Source: Candidatus Saccharimonadota bacterium
GTDB taxonomy: Bacteria > Patescibacteriota > Saccharimonadia > Saccharimonadales > UBA4665
Direction of reading: 5' to 3'
Length of the DNA stretch: 32,000 nt
NCBI GenBank assembly: GCA_002952755.1
Contig: CP025011.1
Coordinates: forward strand, 90,001 to 122,000
A program made the translations under genes and the position numbers. The notes beneath the pieces were generated by a model that made no database searches, was not told where the DNA came from, and saw only the letters and a list, made by a program, of their open reading frames with translations. The number at the start of each line of letters is the position of its first letter. Within the stretch, counting starts at the first letter, position 1. Positions 25,669 through 32,000 of this stretch are shown one piece after another.

Positions 25669-26994
25669 TCAAGCAAGCGGGGCGACTGCGTGGAGTACCT
25701 CGGCAATAGTAGTTTGGCCGCGCAGCGCCTTGATAAGCCCGTCAAGCGCCATAGGCGTAAAGCCATCTTTGAGTACTGCTGCTTGTAATGCCCCAGCGGC
25801 AGTGACCTCATTATTCAGCACTGCTTTTTGCAAGCCAGGTGTGCTTTGGAGTACTTCCACAATTGCCGTACGGCCGGTGTAACAGGTGCGGTCGCACGTT
25901 TCGCAGCCGCTCTCACTCGCTTTCCATAGGTGTGTAATGCTAGTGGGGGTGCTGCTCAGCTGCTTAACGTCTCCAAAGACTGACGGCGCAACGGTTCGCT
26001 CCAGGTCGTATATCCGCTTGTAGGCGCTTAAGGAGCTGATGCCAAAGCTATGGGCCAGTTCTTTTTGCTCATCACGGCTGAGTGCATAGCGTACGCGGCA
26101 GTCAGGACAGAGCGTACGCACCAGTCGCTGGGCTACAATCGCCCGCAGGCTGCTCAAGAGGACGAACGGCTCGACTCCAGCGGCTTTTATGCGCAATAGC
26201 GCTGCCGTGCTGCTTTCGGCATGTAAACCGGCGAGCAGCAAGTGGCCAGTGCCCGCCGCGTGGACGGCGGTCTGGATGGTGGCACTGTCAGGCATTTCGC
26301 TCAGCATAACAATATTGGGGTCTTGCTTGAGCGTAGACTGGAGGCCCTCGTACATAGTCATGGCATTGCCGGCTAGAAAGGTTTGGTTTATGCCAGGCAG
26401 GCGGTGTTTCGGATGCATCTCGACAGTCGCGATATTAACTAATGGGCTGTTTAGGGCGTCGAGCAAGCTGAAGAGGGTACTTGTAATGCCGCTGTGGCGC
26501 GGTCCGGCAACGACCAGGAGGCCGTGTGGGTTGGTGAGGGTGCGCTGCACGATGTTGAGGTTTTCGCCCCATAGGCCGAGCGTGGCTAGCTCGAGTGGCT
26601 TGCCTCGTTCCAAACTAAGGTGCAGTACGGCCTTTTCACCCCCATATACCGGCATGATAGAAAGACGCACGTCAATCTTTTGCTCTTTGACCGTGACCTC
26701 GTATCGTCCTTCTTGCGGGGCGGACGACTCTTGCACCTCCAGACCGGCCAATCCTTTAAGCTGCGCCATGATAACGCCTAACGCCGACCGGGGTAGCTTG
26801 TGTATCCCCCGAAGGGAACCATCGATACGGTAGCGGACCAGCACAAAGCGTTCGTGGGGCTCGATGTGAATATCGCTCGCCCCGCGCTGCAAACCATGGG
26901 CAACCAGCATTGTCAGTGTTTCGGCCACCTGTTTGTCGGTAAATTTTTCACTACTACCGAGCAGCCGGCTCATCAGTCCATCTTTCGTAGCCAT
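25669..26994 (-). CDS. GspE/PilB-family secretion ATPase homolog with degenerate Walker A
   Basis: ASDIHIEP ... RYRIDG, LKQDPNIVMLSEMPD (Walker B/Asp-box region), TGHLLLAGLHAES (His box), and the tetracysteine LCPDC ... CETC. Walker A reads GPRHSGITST instead of GPTGSGKTTT. Confidence 0.85.
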   Translation of the reverse strand: MATKDGLMSRLLGSSEKFTDKQVAETLTMLVAHGLQRGASDIHIEPHERFVLVRYRIDGSLRGIHKLPRSALGVIMAQLKGLAGLEVQESSAPQEGRYEVTVKEQKIDVRLSIMPVYGGEKAVLHLSLERGKPLELATLGLWGENLNIVQRTLTNPHGLLVVAGPRHSGITSTLFSLLDALNSPLVNIATVEMHPKHRLPGINQTFLAGNAMTMYEGLQSTLKQDPNIVMLSEMPDSATIQTAVHAAGTGHLLLAGLHAESSTAALLRIKAAGVEPFVLLSSLRAIVAQRLVRTLCPDCRVRYALSRDEQKELAHSFGISSLSAYKRIYDLERTVAPSVFGDVKQLSSTPTSITHLWKASESGCETCDRTCYTGRTAIVEVLQSTPGLQKAVLNNEVTAAGALQAAVLKDGFTPMALDGLIKALRGQTTIAEVLHAVAPLA

Positions 26995-27341
26995 TTACCT
27001 TAGTATATATGAAAAACCATAAGCATGGTGATAGTTTTATTCCCTCACCCTCGCCTTATTTTGCTATCGCATACATGGCTACCAGACAGCTCCCCGCTCC
27101 GGTATCACCCTTTCAGTTTCTATGTCATTCTGAAGAATCCACAGTTCTCTCATGCCGGATCAAGTTTGGCGTGACAGGACTGGGCGACAAGATGGCTCGT
27201 CTCTGTACTCACCGATGTATGATTCGGTTATAAGCTCATTCTGTGGAATAACTACCTGACTACACTGGGAAGATGGTGTATAAGGTATACTGGTATTATT
27301 GGTCACCGGTGGAGTAGGTAACAAGCTGGAGGGAACAGACG

Positions 27342-28376
27342 ATGGCTACGGATAAAACGAAAGAAGCAAAAACACTGCAGCCGGCAAGTGCTGGCGAAGG
27401 CAAGAGTAAGGCTCTAGGCATGGCCATGGAGCAAATTGAGAAGCAGTTTGGCAAGGGCTCTATTATGAAGCTCGGTGAGGGGCACGTCCAAAAAGTAGAA
27501 ACGACCTCTACAGGGAGCATCTCCCTCGATCTAGCGCTGGGCGGCGGTATCCCGCGTGGCCGTATTATCGAAATTTATGGCCCGGAAAGCTCCGGTAAAA
27601 CCACGCTTACATTGCATGCCATTGCTGAAATCCAGAAGAGCGGCGGCACAGCGGCTTTTATCGACGCCGAGCATGCCCTCGATCCTAGTTACGCCAAGCG
27701 GATTGGCGTAGATATAGATAATCTGTTGCTTTCGCAGCCGGATAACGGTGAGCAAGCGCTCGAGATTACCGAAACACTGGTGCGCAGCAACGCCGTGGAT
27801 ATTATTGTGGTCGACTCCGTGGCCGCGTTGGTACCGCGTGCCGAAATCGAAGGCGATATGGGGGACAGCTTGCCCGGCCTGCAAGCACGGCTGATGAGCC
27901 AGGCCTTACGCAAGCTGACGGGTATCATTAATCGTTCTAATGCCACCGTGGTGTTCATCAACCAGATTCGCATGAAGATCGGCGTGATGTTTGGCAACCC
28001 CGAAACCACCACCGGCGGCAATGCGTTGAAGTTCTACGCCAGCGTCCGGATGGATATCCGCCGCATCGGCCAGATTAAACAGGCCGAGAGCATTATCGGT
28101 AATCGTACCCGGGTGAAGGTTGTCAAGAATAAGATCGCGCCGCCATTCCGCGAGGCCGAATTCGACATCATGTATAACGAAGGTATTAGCCGCAGTGGCG
28201 ATATCTTGGATTTGGCCGTAGCACACGGCATCGTTGAAAAATCCGGTGCCTGGTTTGCCTATAATGAGCAAAAGATCGGCCAGGGTCGTGAAGCTGCTAA
28301 AACCTACTTGCAACAAAATCCAAAAGTGATGGACGAAATTGACAAAAAGGTACGCGCCGCAGCAACTAAGGAGTAA
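27342..28376 (+). CDS. recA: Recombinase RecA
   Basis: Walker [10 protein letters not shown], plus [17 protein letters not shown] and [41 protein letters not shown] and TATACT (27286-27291) upstream. Confidence 0.98.
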   Translation: MATDKTKEAKTLQPASAGEGKSKALGMAMEQIEKQFGKGSIMKLGEGHVQKVETTSTGSISLDLALGGGIPRGRIIEIYGPESSGKTTLTLHAIAEIQKSGGTAAFIDAEHALDPSYAKRIGVDIDNLLLSQPDNGEQALEITETLVRSNAVDIIVVDSVAALVPRAEIEGDMGDSLPGLQARLMSQALRKLTGIINRSNATVVFINQIRMKIGVMFGNPETTTGGNALKFYASVRMDIRRIGQIKQAESIIGNRTRVKVVKNKIAPPFREAEFDIMYNEGISRSGDILDLAVAHGIVEKSGAWFAYNEQKIGQGREAAKTYLQQNPKVMDEIDKKVRAAATKE

Positions 28377-28381
28377 ATCGT

Positions 28382-28786
28382 ATGGTGGAAGACGCATTCG
28401 AAATTTGGGAGGATCCCTCGGGGCACGCGCGCTTTTATTTCTCCCACAGTGACCGCGAGTTTACTACTGGTACCATTGTACTCAAGCCCGACGCCGAACT
28501 GCCGCCCCATAGTCGTGCGTTAGCGTATGACAATCTAATGCAGGTTGCGGGTGTGTGCCAGCTTTCGCTTACCAACGTAGGCGGTGAAGTCGAGACTACT
28601 TACGATCTGCGTCCAGGCGTTGCTATTCGCCTGCCTAAAGGGCAGTGGCACATTCACGCTAATCCGTTTGAGGAAGAATCGGTAACCTTGTTCCGGGCGG
28701 ACGGCGATATTACGGAGGCGGTAGAGGCAATACGTCATAAATACACTCGCATTCTGCCACTAGATGCTACAGCGCAAGAAGTATGA
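28382..28786 (+). CDS. Cupin-fold-like small protein
   Basis: 134 aa. IVLKPDAELPPHSR ... VAIRLPKGQWHIHANP fits a cupin beta-barrel pattern. AAGGAG RBS overlaps the recA stop. Confidence 0.5.
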   Translation: MVEDAFEIWEDPSGHARFYFSHSDREFTTGTIVLKPDAELPPHSRALAYDNLMQVAGVCQLSLTNVGGEVETTYDLRPGVAIRLPKGQWHIHANPFEEESVTLFRADGDITEAVEAIRHKYTRILPLDATAQEV

Positions 28787-29103
28787 GCAAACTATTTTTG
28801 AAGCCCGAACCAACGCTGGCTGATTATCAGCAATATATTCGCGACATGATTGTCGAGCGGGGGTTTCATAACACCATCGCCAATGAATTCATGCTGCTTA
28901 TTGAAGAGGTCGGCGAGTTTTCGAAGGCTGCGCGAAAAGCAGCCGGCGGCACACTGGCTAATAACGCTAGTGAACAAGATTTGGCGGGAGAGGCAGCCGA
29001 TATCTTTATTGTCATGCTTAGTCTATGTAATTCACTTGGCATTGATCTTGAGCAGGCTTTCCGCACCAAAGAAGAACAAAATAAGCAGCGCCAGTGGCGA
29101 TAA
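28783..29103 (+). CDS. MazG-like all-alpha nucleotide pyrophosphohydrolase
   Basis: LLIEEVGEFSKAARK ... LAGEAADIFIVMLSLCNSLGIDLEQAF, the EExxE/ExxD-type MazG core. Its start overlaps the upstream stop by 4 nt. Confidence 0.75.
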   Translation: MSKLFLKPEPTLADYQQYIRDMIVERGFHNTIANEFMLLIEEVGEFSKAARKAAGGTLANNASEQDLAGEAADIFIVMLSLCNSLGIDLEQAFRTKEEQNKQRQWR

Positions 29104-29119
29104 GACTGGCGGGTTCGTC

Positions 29120-29716
29120 GTGAAGGTTACGGCCATCAAACAGCAGGTGAAACGCCAGGACAGATATTCGGTATACGTCGATGGTGCCTATGCGTTCTCG
29201 CTCAGCGAAGCCGGCCTAATTGACAGCAAGCTCGTGAGCGGCCAGGAATTGAGCGGAGAGCAACTGAAAGAACTAAAGCAGGCTGCGGGCCTCGACAAGG
29301 CGTATAGTAACGCCCTGCGCTATGTGGTGATGCGGTCACGCAGTGAATGGGAGTTGCAGGATTATTTTCGGCGTAAAGGCGTTGATAGAGAAGCGGCAGA
29401 GCAGATAGTGGTGCGGCTGCGTCGCCTTGATTTGCTCAATGACAGAACATTTGCCGAAGCATGGGTATCGAACCGCCGGCTGCTTAAAAATGTCAGCAAG
29501 CGGCGATTGCAGCTGGAGTTGCGCCAGAAGCACGTTGCAAGCGATATCATCGAACAAGTGCTGGCCGAAGACGAAGCTGATGAACGTAGCATCTTGCGTC
29601 AACTGATCGAGAAAAAACGCACTCGCTATCCCGACCGGCAAAAGCTAATGCAATATCTGATGCGCCAGGGTTTTGGCTACGATGACATTACCTCTGTCCT
29701 AAGCGAAGGCCGCTGA
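29120..29716 (+). CDS. recX: RecA regulator RecX
   Basis: From GTG 29120: (M)KVTAIKQQVKRQDRYSVYVDGAYAFSLSE, followed by three helical repeats (ALRYVVMRSRSEWELQDYFRRKG ...). The track start 28850 is an out-of-context extension across the MazG-like gene. Confidence 0.85.
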   Translation: MKVTAIKQQVKRQDRYSVYVDGAYAFSLSEAGLIDSKLVSGQELSGEQLKELKQAAGLDKAYSNALRYVVMRSRSEWELQDYFRRKGVDREAAEQIVVRLRRLDLLNDRTFAEAWVSNRRLLKNVSKRRLQLELRQKHVASDIIEQVLAEDEADERSILRQLIEKKRTRYPDRQKLMQYLMRQGFGYDDITSVLSEGR

Positions 29717-29810
29717 TTTTACGGCAGCCAGACCTACACCAAATCTTCTACGCTCATGCTGGAAACATCGCATATGTATTACGCTCCGCTCGCAGGATAC
29801 AGCTTAATCT

Positions 29811-30326
29811 TTAAGCAACGGCCCGGGCACTCGCCGGGACGTGTTGCGTAAGGTCGTTGACAATCACTTGTTTGTCGGTCACTTCTACAATTTGGGAACG
29901 GTCGATACCTAAGTTGCCGCCGCTAAAGTTTTTGAATACTGATTGCGAAACATACAGTTTTTGAATATATAAGCTCTGTACATCAAACGCGTAGTCGCTT
30001 ATCTTGCCCAGCTTTGATTTGCCACTGGTAATTACCTGCTTGCTAAGGAGCTGAAAGTTGACACGCAGCACGTCAGTCAGGCGAACGAGCTCGCTGGCTT
30101 CTACCAGTACTTCGTGATCGTTAATGACGATACCTTGCGATAGAACGTCCCGTACATCCTGGGCTACTAGGATGAGTTGTTTGCGGCTGAGACTGTCGTT
30201 ACAGTAAAAGCCTTCGATCTTCAGGTTGGTTGGATTGATAATTGGCGCGATTACGGTGCCTACTTGGGTGCCAGTGCGCAGGCTTAGTAGAGGCCGATTG
30301 GTGATCATACCGCTTAATTGCAACAT
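29811..30326 (-). CDS. Tandem PRC-barrel domain-like protein
   Basis: There are two similar halves: LLSLRTGTQVGTVIAPIINPTNLKIEGFYC and LLSKQVITSGKSKLGKISDYAFDVQSLYIQKLYV. I preferred ATG 30326 because TATACT lies 6 nt upstream. ATG 30308 is an alternative. Confidence 0.55.
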   Translation of the reverse strand: MLQLSGMITNRPLLSLRTGTQVGTVIAPIINPTNLKIEGFYCNDSLSRKQLILVAQDVRDVLSQGIVINDHEVLVEASELVRLTDVLRVNFQLLSKQVITSGKSKLGKISDYAFDVQSLYIQKLYVSQSVFKNFSGGNLGIDRSQIVEVTDKQVIVNDLTQHVPASARAVA

Positions 30327-30389
30327 ACTTTTAGTATAGCGCGAGCGGCATTCTGCGACAAAGGCTTGTATTATCGGGGAGCTTTGCAT

Positions 30390-31979
30390 ATGCTCGCGAT
30401 CGTGAAGCGCTTTATTGCATTTCGGCTGCTGAGTATGTTGTGTTGCACAGCGATAATTTTACTGTCGCCGCAGGCCACACATGCGGCCAATCCGCAGGGG
30501 GACAATCGGAGCGGACCGGTTTTAATTACCGAATTACAAGCCGGGACTACTAGCAATGCCTCCGAGGAATTCATCGAACTCTATAATGCTTCGGGCAAAC
30601 CGATAGACCTAGCCGCACAGCATTGGCGCCTGCAGTTTGCCGATTCTGCAGCAACAAGCTGGGGGAAGCCACATAGGGACATCCCGCTTGTTGGTACGCT
30701 GCCAGCCAGCAGCTACGTTGTGATCGCCAGCCAGTACACTGCTAGTACCCGGTTAGTTACATATCTGCCGGATATTGCCGGGTCATGGTTTAGCGCTGGC
30801 ATTGCAGCGAATGGCGGTCATGTTCGCCTAGCGTATAGCGCTGCTCGTTTAGTTGGCGGTATTTGCGCGTCTACGCTCGTTGTAGCTGATGAGTTAGAGT
30901 GGAGCCAGCCCGTAGGAGGCGCACCGGCTAGGCAGTCGCTCGATGGGCGGACGGGATATCTGACTAATGCAGGTGGATTACCAGCGGGTAAAACGTTGCA
31001 ACGCGTATGGCACGGCAAAGCTTATGGCGATAGTGATAACGATCTTGCTGATTTTGTGCTCGGCACATCGACTCCGGGCGTTCGGAATAAATCGGTTACG
31101 AACGATACACTTTCGTACACCGTCACTCCCGTGATGAGTGATGCGTGCACGCCAACTCCTCCGTCCCCAGGCTCTCATCCACCTGATCCAGGATCAGGTA
31201 CACCGGTGTTACCGCCTGGTGATCAGGGGCTTGTTGCGCCGCAGCTAAGCGAGCTTTTGCCGAATCCTGCAGCGCCTGCCGCTGATGCCAACGACGAGTT
31301 TATCGAATTATATAACCCGAACAATGTCATATTTGACCTCAGTGGCTTCTCGTTGGAAACAGGCACCGCTGTCAAACATGCCTATATGTTCCCGCCGGGC
31401 ACGATCCTACCCGCGAGTGGATTTGTAGCCTTCTTCTCGCGAGTTACTAAGCTGGCACTTGCCAACAATGGTGGTCGCGCCACGCTCCTGGACCCGTTCG
31501 GTAGTGTGCTTGCTACATCCGACCCATATGGGATCGCTGCGGCAGGCCAGTCCTGGATCTTAGCCAACGGCAGCTGGCAATGGTCGTCGGCTGCGACTCC
31601 AAATGCCGCCAATGAGATTACGCCGGTATCGGCCACTTCATCTAAGAGCATGGTCGCCAACGCTCCTACCAAAAAGATTGCTGCAAAAGCGGTTATATCA
31701 CCCCGTGCTGCTGTGAAAGCTGCCAAAATAACGAAGGCAGCAGCGAAAACAAGGACTACGAAGACGCCTACGAGCCTGGCAAACACCCAGGTGACGCCGC
31801 AGACAGGTACGGGATCTACGCCGAGCGTACTTCATCCAGGGGTGCTTGCGGTAGTCGCGGTCATCGCGGTAGTATACGGTGGATATGAGTACCGTCACGA
31901 CCTGGCAAACAAGTTCTACCAGCTCCGAACAAACCGAGGCACTGGCCGAAAAAATCGGCCGGGCGCTGCAGGGCGGTGA
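30390..31979 (+). CDS. Secreted double lamin-tail-domain (LTD) protein with Pro-rich linker, Lys/Ala-rich tail and C-terminal sorting-signal-like region
   Basis: ATG 30390 has GGGGAG 7 nt upstream. Signal peptide ending THA|ANP. Two LTD signatures (ITELQAG...SEEFIELYNASGKPIDL and LSELLPNP...NDEFIELYNPNNVIFDLSGFSL). The tail is KKIAAKAVISPRAAVKAAKITKAAAKTRTTK, then VTPQTGTG, a TM helix and basic residues. Confidence 0.85.
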   Translation: MLAIVKRFIAFRLLSMLCCTAIILLSPQATHAANPQGDNRSGPVLITELQAGTTSNASEEFIELYNASGKPIDLAAQHWRLQFADSAATSWGKPHRDIPLVGTLPASSYVVIASQYTASTRLVTYLPDIAGSWFSAGIAANGGHVRLAYSAARLVGGICASTLVVADELEWSQPVGGAPARQSLDGRTGYLTNAGGLPAGKTLQRVWHGKAYGDSDNDLADFVLGTSTPGVRNKSVTNDTLSYTVTPVMSDACTPTPPSPGSHPPDPGSGTPVLPPGDQGLVAPQLSELLPNPAAPAADANDEFIELYNPNNVIFDLSGFSLETGTAVKHAYMFPPGTILPASGFVAFFSRVTKLALANNGGRATLLDPFGSVLATSDPYGIAAAGQSWILANGSWQWSSAATPNAANEITPVSATSSKSMVANAPTKKIAAKAVISPRAAVKAAKITKAAAKTRTTKTPTSLANTQVTPQTGTGSTPSVLHPGVLAVVAVIAVVYGGYEYRHDLANKFYQLRTNRGTGRKNRPGAAGR

Positions 31980-32000
31980 GGTGATTGAGCTCGCGAGCGA
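31885..32000 (+). CDS. tsaE: TsaE-like (tRNA t6A ATPase) N terminus, cut by window edge
   Basis: MSTVTTWQTSSTSSEQTEALAEKIGRALQGGEVIELASD resembles TsaE N termini just before the P-loop. Only 38 codons are visible. It overlaps the LTD gene 3' end by 95 nt in another frame. Confidence 0.45.
   Translation, partial: MSTVTTWQTSSTSSEQTEALAEKIGRALQGGEVIELAS

Noticed and set aside
25635-25811. 59-codon N-terminal extension of the pilin ORF
   Set aside because: It overlaps the 3' end of the PilB-like gene. Prepilin leaders are short, and MNKTRFSKYSG|F at ATG 25634 is a canonical class III signal.
27009-27233. 74-aa ORF in the pilB-recA intergenic region
   Set aside because: It has no SD or -10 context and starts inside the pilB-like promoter. 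Its odd composition includes CHSEESTVLSCRIKFGVTG, which reminds me of spurious translations of intergenic repeat elements. However, the flanking sequence does not form the expected inverted repeat, so I could call neither a gene nor a repeat.
28850-29119. 90-codon upstream extension of recX (track ORF 28850..29716)
   Set aside because: The extension is an alternative frame of the MazG-like gene with implausible sequence. RecX homology starts at (M)KVTAIKQQ from GTG 29120.
30318-30389. Mutually overlapping N-terminal extensions of the LTD ORF (+) and the PRC-barrel ORF (-)
   Set aside because: The internal starts (30390 with GGGGAG; 30326 with TATACT-N6) give a proper signal peptide and a proper domain start respectively, and they remove the overlap.
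1-32000. Search by eye for CRISPR arrays, rRNA, tmRNA/RNase P motifs, integrase, transposase or known defence-system genes
   Set aside because: I saw no spaced direct repeats, conserved rRNA/RNase P/tmRNA strings or recombinase-like ORFs. The absence is not proven without computational scans.

Overview
Densely coding 32-kb chromosomal segment. Hand counts of sampled lines give about 50-55% GC, with one AT-richer patch. I called 41 protein-coding genes or fragments, one tRNA-Lys(UUU) and a decayed toxin-antitoxin pair. I saw no rRNA, CRISPR array, transposase or integrase. The housekeeping backbone is dnaK-(small ORF)-dnaJ, rimK, comEC, yebC-ruvC, ruvA-ruvB, recA...recX and the start of a tsaE-like gene. 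Gene content includes a type IV pilin, a GspE/PilB-like ATPase, a sortase, a ComEC without a metallo-beta-lactamase domain, actinobacterial-type DUF families and many small orphan ORFs. This suggests a small-genome monoderm-like bacterium, possibly Saccharibacteria/Patescibacteria; that assignment is inference only. Items worth a second look: (1) a glutamate-ligase neighbourhood with a PP-loop-like protein divergent from an ATP-grasp::retropepsin-like fusion, rimK and DUF192; (2) a PilB-like protein with a destroyed Walker A lysine next to a pilin; (3) a sortase plus two secreted proteins carrying a non-canonical xPxTG + TM sorting-like signal, one of them a double lamin-tail-domain protein with a Lys/Ala-rich tail; (4) a GT4 / six-hairpin / DUF1861(GH130-like) operon with a second DUF1861-like paralog; (5) an AT-rich islet at tRNA-Lys with a yefM-yoeB relic; (6) a 101-nt three-helix imperfect palindrome between divergent promoters; (7) a recurrent TATACT/TATAAT box 6-8 nt upstream of start codons, implying many leaderless mRNAs. 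All family assignments come from motif recognition by eye; no database search was run.
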